A stretch of 64,000 nucleotides of DNA. It comes from Candidatus Saccharimonadota bacterium. Lineage in GTDB: Bacteria; Patescibacteriota; Saccharimonadia; Saccharimonadales; Saccharimonadaceae. The translations under genes and the position numbers were made by a program. The stretch spans positions 134,930 to 198,929 of the forward strand of contig JAUMZP010000002.1 of the NCBI GenBank assembly GCA_030528025.1, read 5' to 3'. Positions 8,904 to 17,509 of this stretch are shown piece after piece. The notes under the pieces are model-generated. The model searched no databases. It worked only from the letters and a program-made list of their open reading frames with translations, and was not told the origin of the DNA. Positions within the stretch are counted from its first letter, which is position 1. Each line of letters begins with the position of its first letter.

Positions 8904-9932
8904 TCACGCCGCTGGCATTTCTAGCGGTTCTTGCACAATGGTGATGCCAAATTTTTCCTCCACTGAGCGAATAATTTCCTCGCGAGCGGCAGCAAGATCG
9001 CGGTAGCTGGTGGCCGATTGATTGATGAGCACGACTGCATTCTTATCGTGTACCTTCATGCCGTGGAGGACGCTACCTTTGAGCCCCGCTTGCTCGATGA
9101 GCCAGCCCGATGGCACCTTGACGCGCCCATCGGGCAGCGCATAGTGCGGTGCTGTGGGGTAGTGCTGCTGGAGCTGAGAAAATTCTTCACTTGAAATAAT
9201 CGCATTTTTGAAGAATGAGCCAGTATTGGGGAGCTTGGCTGGGTCAGGCAGCTTGCCAGCACGGATTGTCATGACGGCTCGGCGAATGTCTTGCGGGGTA
9301 GGCTCTGCTATAGCGTGGGTGGTGAGATAATCTTGAACGGCTTGGTAGAAGGGTGGCTGCGGCAAACCCTTACGTAGGCGGAGCGTTATGCTTGTGATGA
9401 TATATCGCCCCATCTCGCGGCCCCGGAAAATACTGTGCCGATACGAGAACGCGCAGTCGGCAGCGCTCAGCACCACAAACCGCTCTTGCTGGCGATCATA
9501 TGCCTCGAGCGAGACGAGTGTGTCGGCAATCTCCTGCCCATACGCACCAACATTCTGCACTGGCGCAGCGCCTGCTGTACCTGGGATAGCCGATAGTGCC
9601 TCAATGCCACTCAGACCACTGGCTACTGTCTTGGCCACGACAGTATCGAGAACTTCTCCTGCACCAATGGTAATCGTCGTCGACGCATCGTCCTCAGCAA
9701 TGATCGAGAAGCCTGGAATACGGTTGCGCGCCACAATGCCAGCAAAGCCGCTGTCTTGGGCTAGAGTGTTGCTCCCGCCACCAAGGACAAAGAGCTCGGC
9801 CTGCTGCTGGCGGGCCATCGTGCACACTGCCACGACATCATCATTGGTATAGAGGTCAACCATAGTATGGGCGTTGCCACCAAGCTGCATCGTCAAATAT
9901 GGTTTGAGTGAAACGTCAGTACGAATATCCAT
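8904..9932 (-). CDS. murB: UDP-N-acetylenolpyruvoylglucosamine reductase
   Basis: FAD-binding N-terminus 'FVLGGGSNTL', 342 aa, MurB C-terminal domain. Confidence 0.9.
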   Translation of the reverse strand: MDIRTDVSLKPYLTMQLGGNAHTMVDLYTNDDVVAVCTMARQQQAELFVLGGGSNTLAQDSGFAGIVARNRIPGFSIIAEDDASTTITIGAGEVLDTVVAKTVASGLSGIEALSAIPGTAGAAPVQNVGAYGQEIADTLVSLEAYDRQQERFVVLSAADCAFSYRHSIFRGREMGRYIITSITLRLRKGLPQPPFYQAVQDYLTTHAIAEPTPQDIRRAVMTIRAGKLPDPAKLPNTGSFFKNAIISSEEFSQLQQHYPTAPHYALPDGRVKVPSGWLIEQAGLKGSVLHGMKVHDKNAVVLINQSATSYRDLAAAREEIIRSVEEKFGITIVQEPLEMPAA

Positions 9933-10034
9933 AGGTATAATATATCACTCATGATATATATCTGCAAGGTGTGTCGACCTAAACCTAGATAACAACAAGC
10001 CTGCAAGCACTGCTAACTCTTATGGAATCTAATA

Positions 10035-10865
10035 CTACTCTTCTCTCGACTCGATTGTTGTCTGCGCCGCTTGAATAACGTGGTCGATCATCACGGCGAT
10101 AGTGAGAGGGCCGACGCCGCCTTTTTCTGGGGTGAGAGTGACATCACTGCGCTCGCGCACGCTTGGGTCGACATCGCCAACGATAACACCACCTTCGCTT
10201 GCTGTGCCAGCATCGACGACCACTGCACCTGTTTTGACCATATCCGCTGTAATGAGATGGGGCTGGCCAGTAGCGGTGACGATGACGTCACTTGCAGCGA
10301 TGATCTCTGTAGTATTAGGCGTTTGGCGGTCGCACACTGTTACTGTCAAGCCACGGTCGCGCCACAGCCGCTCTAGTGGTGCGCCTACTAACCGCCCTCG
10401 CCCGATGATGGCGAGCTGCTTATCGTCGAGGCTAATGTTGTAACCTGCCAGTAGCCAATCGATTGCTTGTGCCGTTGCTGGCGTATAAGCAGCTTGTGGG
10501 CCACTTAGGCCATCGACGTCCTTGGCGGGAGAGATGCGCTGCACGATGGTATCTGTTTGTGATGGGTCGTTGAGCGGCAATTGGACGATAATACCGTGGA
10601 CGTGTGGGTTGTTGTTTGCTCGGTCGATCACGCCCGGCATATCTGTCTCGGCGGTTGGCGCTACTTCTGTCTCAACGAGGATATCAGTAGCATAGGCTTG
10701 CTTGTAGCGCACGTAGGCATTGATTGGCCCCGATGCGTCAAGCGGAGTGACAATGAGCAGCTTGGGGGTGATGCTATGCGCTTGGCGTAAGTGGCGTACT
10801 TGGCGGGCTTGGCGCTGCTTGATGAAGCTTGCGAGCTCGCGGCCGTTGAGCGATGGAGTGGGCAT
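10035..10865 (-). CDS. folD: Bifunctional methylenetetrahydrofolate dehydrogenase/cyclohydrolase
   Basis: 'IIGRGRLVGAPL' and 'PEKGGVGPLTIAVMI' motifs, 276 aa. Confidence 0.9.
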   Translation of the reverse strand: MPTPSLNGRELASFIKQRQARQVRHLRQAHSITPKLLIVTPLDASGPINAYVRYKQAYATDILVETEVAPTAETDMPGVIDRANNNPHVHGIIVQLPLNDPSQTDTIVQRISPAKDVDGLSGPQAAYTPATAQAIDWLLAGYNISLDDKQLAIIGRGRLVGAPLERLWRDRGLTVTVCDRQTPNTTEIIAASDVIVTATGQPHLITADMVKTGAVVVDAGTASEGGVIVGDVDPSVRERSDVTLTPEKGGVGPLTIAVMIDHVIQAAQTTIESREE

Positions 10866-10958
10866 AAGGCGTAATCCTTTCGTAAATATATGGTTAATAC
10901 TAGTGATAGGTATCTCTATAGCAAACAGTCCTCTGGGAATACCGAGGACTACATACTA

Positions 10959-11035
10959 TGGAGGGCCAGGAGGGACTCGAACCCTCGACACCCTGCTTAA
11001 GAGGCAGGTGCTCTAACCAGCTGAGCTACTGGCCC
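10959..11035 (-). tRNA. tRNA-Lys, anticodon CTT
   Basis: Reverse complement is GGGCCAGTAGCTCAGCTGGTTAGAGCACCTGCCTCTTAAGCAGGGTGTCGAGGGTTCGAGTCCCTCCTGGCCCTCCA. Anticodon stem CCTGC/GCAGG, loop CTCTTAA. The discriminator appears to be U. Confidence 0.85.
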
Positions 11036-11211
11036 ATGTTGTGTCTGCACTATCCGTGCAAAGCCCTTTTACTATAGCGGATAGCTTGGGGTTCTGTCAA
11101 GAGGTCGTGGAGTGAATTAAAAGGTTTTCTTACTGCACTGCTCGCGCTTGCTTGTCTTTTTGCCAAAAACGCATTACCATAAGGCAAGAGAGTTTAATCG
11201 GGAGAATAGCA

Positions 11212-11763
11212 ATGGCAAATGAACAACCTACAGCACAACCAACACCACCAACTGAGGTAGCATCGCAAGCAGCTCCAGCTGCCAGCCAGCCAGCAGTGCC
11301 AGCCGCTGCGCCTGCGCCAGTTGATACCTCACCGCGCAACTACTTGGCGGTTGTTGCCCTTGCTGCGTTTATGGGGCAGTATGGCTTGGCTCGTTGGTAT
11401 CGTGGCGACGAGCTGGGCAAGATCCGCTTTTGGATTGCAGTGGGCTGTACGGTAACATCAGCTGTGCCGTATGTTAATATCGTTTCGCTGTTAGGGCTGT
11501 TTGTCCTATCTGTCTGGGGTATCGTCGACTTCTTCTTGCTGACGAGTACCACAGCAGATGCAAACGGCATGCCATACGTTGCAACAGAGCGCGACAAGAC
11601 GTGGGCGCAGGGGCTTAAGATCGCCTACATTGTTGGTCTTGTCTTGGCAGCAGTGGCGATTGTTGTCTTCTTGATCTTGCTGGCAGCTGGAGTGATTATG
11701 CTGTGGGATACAACAAACACAACTAGACCTATGCGGTCATCGACATACTATTATCCTCGTTAA
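11212..11763 (+). CDS. Membrane protein with a Pro/Ala-rich N-terminus and a TM2-domain-like core
   Basis: 'NYLAVVALAAFMGQYGLARWYRGDELGKIRFWIAVG' resembles the TM2 domain. Several TM helices. The ORF track starts at 11152, but the Met at 11212 is preferred. Confidence 0.5.
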   Translation: MANEQPTAQPTPPTEVASQAAPAASQPAVPAAAPAPVDTSPRNYLAVVALAAFMGQYGLARWYRGDELGKIRFWIAVGCTVTSAVPYVNIVSLLGLFVLSVWGIVDFFLLTSTTADANGMPYVATERDKTWAQGLKIAYIVGLVLAAVAIVVFLILLAAGVIMLWDTTNTTRPMRSSTYYYPR

Positions 11764-11858
11764 TAGCGGTTGTAGCAGTAGTGCAACAAAAGGGGTTGGT
11801 AGTGCGCTAGCCCTTTTTTGTATAGTGCGGCCGCAAAATGAATAGTAAATAGTGCCAT

Positions 11859-11884
11859 ATAAAAAACCCAGAGCGTGCTGGGAT
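11859..11884 (-). terminator. Intrinsic terminator downstream of tRNA-Arg(TCG) on the minus strand
   Basis: Minus-strand stem CCCAGCACGCTCTGGG followed by TTTTTTAT. Confidence 0.55.
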
Positions 11885-11898
11885 ATATAGAACAAAGT

Positions 11899-11975
11899 TG
11901 GTACACCCGGCAGGATTCGAACCTGCGGCCACTTGGTTCGAAGCCAAGTACTCTAATCCGCTGAGCTACGGGTGC
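11899..11975 (-). tRNA. tRNA-Arg, anticodon TCG
   Basis: Reverse complement is GCACCCGTAGCTCAGCGGATTAGAGTACTTGGCTTCGAACCAAGTGGCCGCAGGTTCGAATCCTGCCGGGTGTACCA. Anticodon stem CTTGG/CCAAG, loop CTTCGAA. Confidence 0.85.
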
Positions 11976-12332
11976 TTACTAGCCCTATTGTACCACCACT
12001 GACGTGAGAATCCAAACTGCCTCCGATTTGTGAGACTGGTAGCATAAGGTCTGTATGACCGTAGTATAGATTACGTGAGTAAGAGACTTAATGCAACGTA
12101 CATATCACGCATATAGAGATGGAGTAGGGGGGGTGATGAGGAGTTACCGGGCAAAGATGATTTACAAAGATAGCACATACGCCAAATGTAGTCATTAATC
12201 TGTTGATTATTGAAGAATGTGCGGATTGGTTATTGTTGGTTAAGCTGAAGTTTTTTGCAATTGCACAAGGAAAATGATGTGGTAGAATTAAGTAAAATAA
12301 TAAAAGATCTGTGAAAACAATGGAGGTAAAAA

Positions 12333-13058
12333 ATGCCAAGCATACTATATCAAAAATGGGCAAGTGAATCTGGGCTCACTCCTGACGATTGGTTTAAAAG
12401 CACTGTCGTCAAATCTAAGGACTCGTGCGACGACCCTATCTATCAAGAAGTGCTACAACTGTTCACCTTAGCCTATGGAGCAAGTTACTTTTCAGTACTT
12501 GAGTATGAAGAAGGTGAACCGATGGCACGTGAGCATTATATCGATGCGCTATCGTACTGCCTGGAGTATAAAGAACGGACTGAACGCCTAAATGATGATG
12601 TAGCACCCCAAGCTCCCGACACCTTCGATGCACAGTCATTGCGCGACGGCGCAGACATCATTGTCGAAATCCTGAAACCTACAATCAATACAGAATTCTG
12701 CCGAGACGCCGTTCGTCATACGATGGAGTATGCCACCGAAACAGCACTTCCTCGCCTTGCCAAGGACATGAGTCAAGATTCAGTCGAATGGCTTCGTGAA
12801 GACTACGAGTGGTTCCATTACAATAGCTACTCTGATGAGTTCGATCGTGTACATAACGTGCTTGCAACACTCGAGTGGTTTGTCGACAAAGGACTGCTAA
12901 CAGACGCGGAGCAAATACAGCAGATGCAAGACTACCGCACACAACTCGTGGCTTTTGATGAACAGATACGTCCTTTGCTGCCACGACTCCGGGGCTTGCA
13001 ATTTGACGGTTTTCAACTTGACGAGTTGGCCGCCGAGCGGTGTTGGTGGCTTCACTAG
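12333..13058 (+). CDS. Hypothetical cytoplasmic protein (241 aa, acidic, Trp/Tyr-rich)
   Basis: Long ORF with coding-like composition and no recognisable motif. It follows a 245-bp AT-rich region. Confidence 0.5.
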   Translation: MPSILYQKWASESGLTPDDWFKSTVVKSKDSCDDPIYQEVLQLFTLAYGASYFSVLEYEEGEPMAREHYIDALSYCLEYKERTERLNDDVAPQAPDTFDAQSLRDGADIIVEILKPTINTEFCRDAVRHTMEYATETALPRLAKDMSQDSVEWLREDYEWFHYNSYSDEFDRVHNVLATLEWFVDKGLLTDAEQIQQMQDYRTQLVAFDEQIRPLLPRLRGLQFDGFQLDELAAERCWWLH

Positions 13059-13073
13059 TAGTTTAGTTTGTTG

Positions 13074-13460
13074 CTATTCCGTTATTATCCCACGCTCCGT
13101 CAAAGCTTCCTCCACTCGCTTGACGACTTGGCTGGGGGTGAGCTCTGCTTTGACGATGTAGCTGTGGACACCGAGGTGCTGGAGTTTCTTTGGAGCTTCT
13201 TCGTGGCCAAGGTTGGTGAGAATGATAACAGGGATGGCCTTACCCCATGAGTAGGCGCGGATATGCTCGAGCGTGTCAGCACCATTGAGGTGGGGCATCT
13301 GGAGGTCGAGCAGGATGATATCGGGGTGAGTCCGTTGCACGAGCATGATGCCAGCTTTGCCATCGCCTGCGACTTCCACCGCAAAGCCAGCCGCTTCGAA
13401 CTTCATGCGGTACATTTGGCTAATGGTTTGGTCGTCTTCAATGATGGCAATTTTAACCAT
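13074..13460 (-). CDS. Single-domain response regulator (CheY-like receiver only)
   Basis: 'MVKIAIIEDD' acidic pocket, phospho-acceptor 'ILLDLQMP', conserved 'T' and 'K' positions, no output domain. An alternative start at 13499 would overlap the kinase gene. Confidence 0.8.
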   Translation of the reverse strand: MVKIAIIEDDQTISQMYRMKFEAAGFAVEVAGDGKAGIMLVQRTHPDIILLDLQMPHLNGADTLEHIRAYSWGKAIPVIILTNLGHEEAPKKLQHLGVHSYIVKAELTPSQVVKRVEEALTERGIITE

Positions 13461-13484
13461 TTGCTTTATAATAGCAGGTGTAGC

Positions 13485-14795
13485 ATGAAAATGGAACAAA
13501 ATCGCCCAAAATCAAGCATGACATCTACATCAGCCGAGCCGCTGGTAGCACTGGGTAGTGCGCTAGCTCGTGCGACTGACTTTGCAGAAGTGGTAGCAGC
13601 GGTACGCACAGCGCTAAGAGCGGTTGCCCAGCCGACTTGGTGTGGGGTAATGATAATGGTGGATAGAGCGCCGCCGCTAATTGACTTGCCAGATGAATGC
13701 GCTACCTCTGTCGATATACTCTTGCCGCTGTGTGAAGAAGCAACGGCTCGTACAGTGACTGTCATGTTACCCAAGCACCATGCACTTCGTTGTTACAACA
13801 TTGCTGTAGTGCTGCAGCTGGTGTGGCAGGGCAATCACTGTGGATATATCGTACTGGGCCCGCCAGCTGAGCGAGCCACGTATACTACTGCGCAGCGAGC
13901 CACTCTTGCAATGATAGCCCAGCAATGCGCGGTGACGCTGATGGCGCAGCAGTGCCACAATACCACGCAACAGTTCCAGCAGCAGCTCACCCAAGCGGTA
14001 GACCACGCAACGCGCCAACTGCGCGCTTCGAACCGCCGCCTGCGCGAGCTCGATGCCGCGAAGGATGAGTTTGTCAGTATGGCGAGCCACCAGCTGCGTA
14101 CACCGCTCACTAGTGTGAAGGGCTATATATCGATGGTGCTGGAGGGTGACGCTGGTGAGATTAATGCCACGCAGCGCACCTTCCTTACTGAGGCCTTTAC
14201 GAGTAGCGAGCGAATGGTACAGCTGATTGGCAACTTCCTTAATGTGTCGCGCATCCGCACTGGCAACTTCACAGTCGATTTCCGCCTAGGCGATGTTGCC
14301 GCGCTGGTGGCACAGAGTATCGAGTCTATCCAGCTCATTGCTGAGCGCCATCGTTTGCGGGTGGATTATCGACCGCGTGGGGTTATACCACCTCTGCTAA
14401 TCGACGAGAATAAACTCCGGCAAGTTATCGTTAATTATATTGATAATGCCATTTACTATTCGCCTGGTGCTGATGTTATTACGGTACGACTCTACCGCAA
14501 GGACGGCTGGGTCGTGTGCACGGTGCAAGACCATGGCATTGGAGTGCCGCAGGGTGAGCAGCGCAAGATCTTTACAAAGTTCTTCCGGGCGCATAATGCC
14601 CAGCTGCAGCGGCCCGATGGTACAGGGATTGGGCTATTTTTAGCAAAGAAGATCGTACTGGGACACCATGGCGAACTGATCTTTCATTCGCGGGAGGGGC
14701 AGGGTAGCACCTTTGGCTTCCGCTTGCCGATCAATCGCCTCACACCGCACCAGAATATTTTGCCAAACGAAAATCACTCCCCGCGTGGGAAGTGA
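13485..14795 (+). CDS. Soluble sensor histidine kinase (Cys-rich GAF-like N-domain + HisKA + HATPase_c)
   Basis: H-box 'EFVSMASHQLRTPLTSVKGY', N-box 'VIVNYIDNAIYYS', G-boxes 'DHGIGVP' and 'GTGIGL'. No TM segments. A TATAAT sits 12 nt upstream of the ATG. Confidence 0.85.
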   Translation: MKMEQNRPKSSMTSTSAEPLVALGSALARATDFAEVVAAVRTALRAVAQPTWCGVMIMVDRAPPLIDLPDECATSVDILLPLCEEATARTVTVMLPKHHALRCYNIAVVLQLVWQGNHCGYIVLGPPAERATYTTAQRATLAMIAQQCAVTLMAQQCHNTTQQFQQQLTQAVDHATRQLRASNRRLRELDAAKDEFVSMASHQLRTPLTSVKGYISMVLEGDAGEINATQRTFLTEAFTSSERMVQLIGNFLNVSRIRTGNFTVDFRLGDVAALVAQSIESIQLIAERHRLRVDYRPRGVIPPLLIDENKLRQVIVNYIDNAIYYSPGADVITVRLYRKDGWVVCTVQDHGIGVPQGEQRKIFTKFFRAHNAQLQRPDGTGIGLFLAKKIVLGHHGELIFHSREGQGSTFGFRLPINRLTPHQNILPNENHSPRGK

Positions 14796-15079
14796 AAATC
14801 GCACATCTCCTGGGCTGGGTAAGATACCCAAGGAGTCCTCCTTTGCTTGGCACCTCTCGCACGGGTGCCAAGTGTGAATTTGCACAGTTATAGCGTGAAC
14901 AAACCAGACAAATGCAGTATGGGTTCTCCTGCATCTCGTGGCTTGCGATGGCTGTATCGAGTGCTGTTTGTGTTAGTTGTCTCCACCATGCAAGTGCATG
15001 ACACGATCAGTGTAGCATTATGATTATGGTATGTCAAGCCTTTTTTACAACATTATCGCTAGACAAGTGTCGATTTTTT

Positions 15080-15088
15080 TGCTATAGT
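15080..15088 (+). promoter_or_regulatory. Extended -10 box TGCTATAGT, 8 nt upstream of tRNA-Glu
   Basis: Same spacing as the promoter-tRNA pair at 905/922. Confidence 0.55.
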
Positions 15089-15096
15089 GACTAGGC

Positions 15097-15171
15097 GGCC
15101 TCATCGTCTAGCGGTTAGGACACTGGGTTCTCATCCCAGCAACCCGGGTTCGATTCCCGGTGAGGTCACCA
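15097..15171 (+). tRNA. tRNA-Glu, anticodon CTC
   Basis: GGCCTCATCGTCTAGCGGTTAGGACACTGGGTTCTCATCCCAGCAACCCGGGTTCGATTCCCGGTGAGGTCACCA. Anticodon stem CTGGG/CCCAG, loop TTCTCAT. Confidence 0.85.
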
Positions 15172-15184
15172 CAGATTTATCACA

Positions 15185-15207
15185 TGGCTCTTTGGAGCCA
15201 TTTTTAT
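15185..15207 (+). terminator. Intrinsic terminator after tRNA-Glu
   Basis: Stem TGGCTC/GAGCCA followed by TTTTTAT. Confidence 0.6.
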
Positions 15208-15303
15208 ATACCATAGATGTGCATTTACTAGGCAAAACACCTGAGGCGCGCCATACTGTAATGTACTTGTAACACCCTTCTGCCCGTGGCCTGGCTTCTG
15301 CAC

Positions 15304-15312
15304 TGGTATAAT
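15304..15312 (+). promoter_or_regulatory. Extended -10 box TGGTATAAT, 7 nt upstream of the GH5 start (leaderless)
   Basis: TGnTATAAT. ATG at 15320 with no SD sequence. Confidence 0.5.
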
Positions 15313-15319
15313 AAAGCAT

Positions 15320-16288
15320 ATGCATAAACCATTACGCGGTGTTAACTTGGGTGGGTGGCTGGTGCTTGAGCGCTGGATGACGCCATCGGTCTTTGCGGGC
15401 ACCGATGCGAGCAACGAGCATCAACTGATGATGCAACCAGACGGCCCAGAGCGCATTGCCAAGCACCGGCAGGAATTTATGACCGAAGCGGACTTTGCCT
15501 GGCTGCATGCACACGGTATCGATGCACTGCGTGTGCCGGTTGGTTACTGGGTGCTGGAAAGCCAGGATGGTTACCTCGAGGCTACCAAGCAGCTGGACTG
15601 GTGCTTTGCAATGGCTAAAAAATACCATATGCGTGTCTTGCTTGATTTACACGCGGCGCCTGGCGCACAGAACTTGGGCGACCACAGCGGGAGTGGCAAC
15701 CGCATGCCGCAGACAGGCTGGTACCAGGCCAAAAACCGCCGGGCAACCCGCCGTATCCTCATACAGCTTGCCGAGCGCTATAGTGCAAGCCCGCAGCTCT
15801 GGGGGATTGAGCTGCTGAACGAGCCCTTCACCAAAAACTGGCTGCAGCACTGGCTGCTGCGGCTGTGGTCGCGCCGCACAACTGGCTGGTTGCGCCGTAT
15901 TGTGCCAGCCACAACGCGCATTATTATCAGTGACGCCTACCAGCTGCCGCGGTGGCGCCGGGCGCAGCCCCGTGATTGGCTCGATATTCACCACTACCAG
16001 TGCTTTGGGGCGGCCAACTTAGCGCTGGTGGATTATGACCAGCACGCGAGTATTGTGGATGAATTTACCCACATGCACCAGTCGTTGCAGCGCCCAACCA
16101 TCATTGGTGAGTGGAGCGCGATTTTGCCGCCCGCCATTGCCATGATCCCGCCGACCATTACCGCCTACATACTGGCGCAGCAAACAGCTTTTGCCAGCGC
16201 CGACGCTCACTTTTTCTGGAGTTATAAAACCGAATCAAACGATGGCTGGAACTACCGTTGGCTGGTAGAGCAGGGTATTATGCCATAG
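15320..16288 (+). CDS. Glycoside hydrolase family 5, exo-beta-1,3-glucanase-like
   Basis: 'GVNLGGWLVLERW', catalytic acid motif 'IELLNEP', 'IIISDAY', 'LDIHHYQCF', nucleophile motif 'IIGEWS'. These are collinear with fungal and bacterial GH5 exoglucanases. By eye the GC content (~60%) is higher than the surrounding DNA. Confidence 0.8.
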   Translation: MHKPLRGVNLGGWLVLERWMTPSVFAGTDASNEHQLMMQPDGPERIAKHRQEFMTEADFAWLHAHGIDALRVPVGYWVLESQDGYLEATKQLDWCFAMAKKYHMRVLLDLHAAPGAQNLGDHSGSGNRMPQTGWYQAKNRRATRRILIQLAERYSASPQLWGIELLNEPFTKNWLQHWLLRLWSRRTTGWLRRIVPATTRIIISDAYQLPRWRRAQPRDWLDIHHYQCFGAANLALVDYDQHASIVDEFTHMHQSLQRPTIIGEWSAILPPAIAMIPPTITAYILAQQTAFASADAHFFWSYKTESNDGWNYRWLVEQGIMP

Positions 16289-16525
16289 GAACTAGGCTGA
16301 GTTGCGCACAGGTTTTGGATGGGCAATCGATCCGAAGTGGACATTATCTTGCGGTTGTTGTATTGGATGTGACCGAAGTATGTGTGCTGGACCAAGAGGT
16401 GTATCATACCCATCATGCTGATGCACGGGTTGCGGTTGGTGATTTTTCGTTTGATAGTAATCATCAATAATGAGGATGAGAGGCGCTGAGCGATCGAGTA
16501 TCCCTTCCAGCTATCCGCCAAATCA

Positions 16526-16533
16526 TGTATAAT
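16526..16533 (+). promoter_or_regulatory. -10 box TGTATAAT upstream of ybaB, with SD sequence GGAGGA
   Basis: TGnTATAAT at 16526. GGAGGA lies 9 nt before the ATG at 16576. Confidence 0.4.
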
Positions 16534-16575
16534 AAATCGAGTACGACAGCCAAGAAACGGAGGAAATGAAGAAGT

Positions 16576-16878
16576 ATGGCAATGGGCGACAAAATGAAAT
16601 TGGTTAATAGCGCGATCAAGGTGCAAAAAATACAGAAATCACTAGAGAAGGAGATTATAGAGGTTGATGCTGGTGATGGTGCAGTGATTGTGCAGATTGC
16701 AGCTGATATGAAGATCAAGGATATAAAGATAGACCCAAGTAAGGTGGATCTGGATAATATCCATCAGTTAGAGCATTGGCTCAAGATTGCAATCCGCGAC
16801 GGTATGGCCAAGGCGCAAGAGATTGCTGCCAAGAAAATGCAGCCACTGATGGGTGGGCTTGGCAACCTCGGGTTCTAG
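16576..16878 (+). CDS. ybaB: Nucleoid-associated protein YbaB/EbfC
   Basis: 100 aa with the 'MQ..MGG.' C-terminal pattern. It has the conserved position immediately upstream of recR. Confidence 0.85.
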   Translation: MAMGDKMKLVNSAIKVQKIQKSLEKEIIEVDAGDGAVIVQIAADMKIKDIKIDPSKVDLDNIHQLEHWLKIAIRDGMAKAQEIAAKKMQPLMGGLGNLGF

Positions 16879-16883
16879 CTAGT

Positions 16884-17498
16884 ATGGCAGATATTCTGCC
16901 TCAGGCCCTGCAACGGGCAATAGACGAACTAGGGCACCTGCCAGGAGTGGGCGCACGCACGGCAGAGCGCTATGCGTATTTTTTGCTGCGAGCCGATGGA
17001 CGGACGAGCCAGGGCATTGCCCAGGCCATCACACAGCTTCACACTGCTGTTGCGACCTGCCCCATCACCTTTGCTCTAATGGACCCTGATCAAGACGTTT
17101 CGCCGCTCTATAGTAGCCCAGAGCGCAATCGTAAGCAGATTGCTGTGGTGGAGGAGCCACTCGACATCGTGGCGCTGGAGCGCACAGGCCACTACAAGGG
17201 GACGTACCATGTGCTGGGTGGCGTCATCTCACCGATTGATGGGGTAGGGCCAGAGCAATTGCACATCCCCGAGCTGCTGGAGCGTATTACCAATGACGCA
17301 GTAGAGGAGGTGATTATTGCCACCAATGCAAGTGTGGAGGGCGAGTCGACCGCGCTCTTCTTGCAGCGGCACATTGCCGAGGCAGGCCTAAGGGTGCGGA
17401 TGACACGCTTGGCACGCGGCATCCCCGTCGGCGTTGACCTTGAATATGCCGACCAAATAACCCTCGGCCACGCGCTGGAGGGGCGGCGCGCGGTGTAG
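16884..17498 (+). CDS. recR: Recombination protein RecR with a degenerate zinc finger
   Basis: HhH 'LPGVGARTAERYAYFLL', Toprim 'VVEEPLDIVALERTGHYKGTYHVLGGVISP' and Walker-B-like 'EVIIATNASVEGESTA'. Only one Cys remains where the C4 zinc finger is expected. The ORF track starts at 16776, but the Met at 16884 is preferred. Confidence 0.85.
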   Translation: MADILPQALQRAIDELGHLPGVGARTAERYAYFLLRADGRTSQGIAQAITQLHTAVATCPITFALMDPDQDVSPLYSSPERNRKQIAVVEEPLDIVALERTGHYKGTYHVLGGVISPIDGVGPEQLHIPELLERITNDAVEEVIIATNASVEGESTALFLQRHIAEAGLRVRMTRLARGIPVGVDLEYADQITLGHALEGRRAV

Positions 17499-17509
17499 TG
17501 AAGATGTTA

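Noticed and set aside
13263-13484. N-terminal extension of the histidine kinase ORF from the upstream Met at 13263
   Set aside because: It would overlap the whole receiver gene on the opposite strand. The Met at 13485 is preceded by a TATAAT at the leaderless spacing seen elsewhere.
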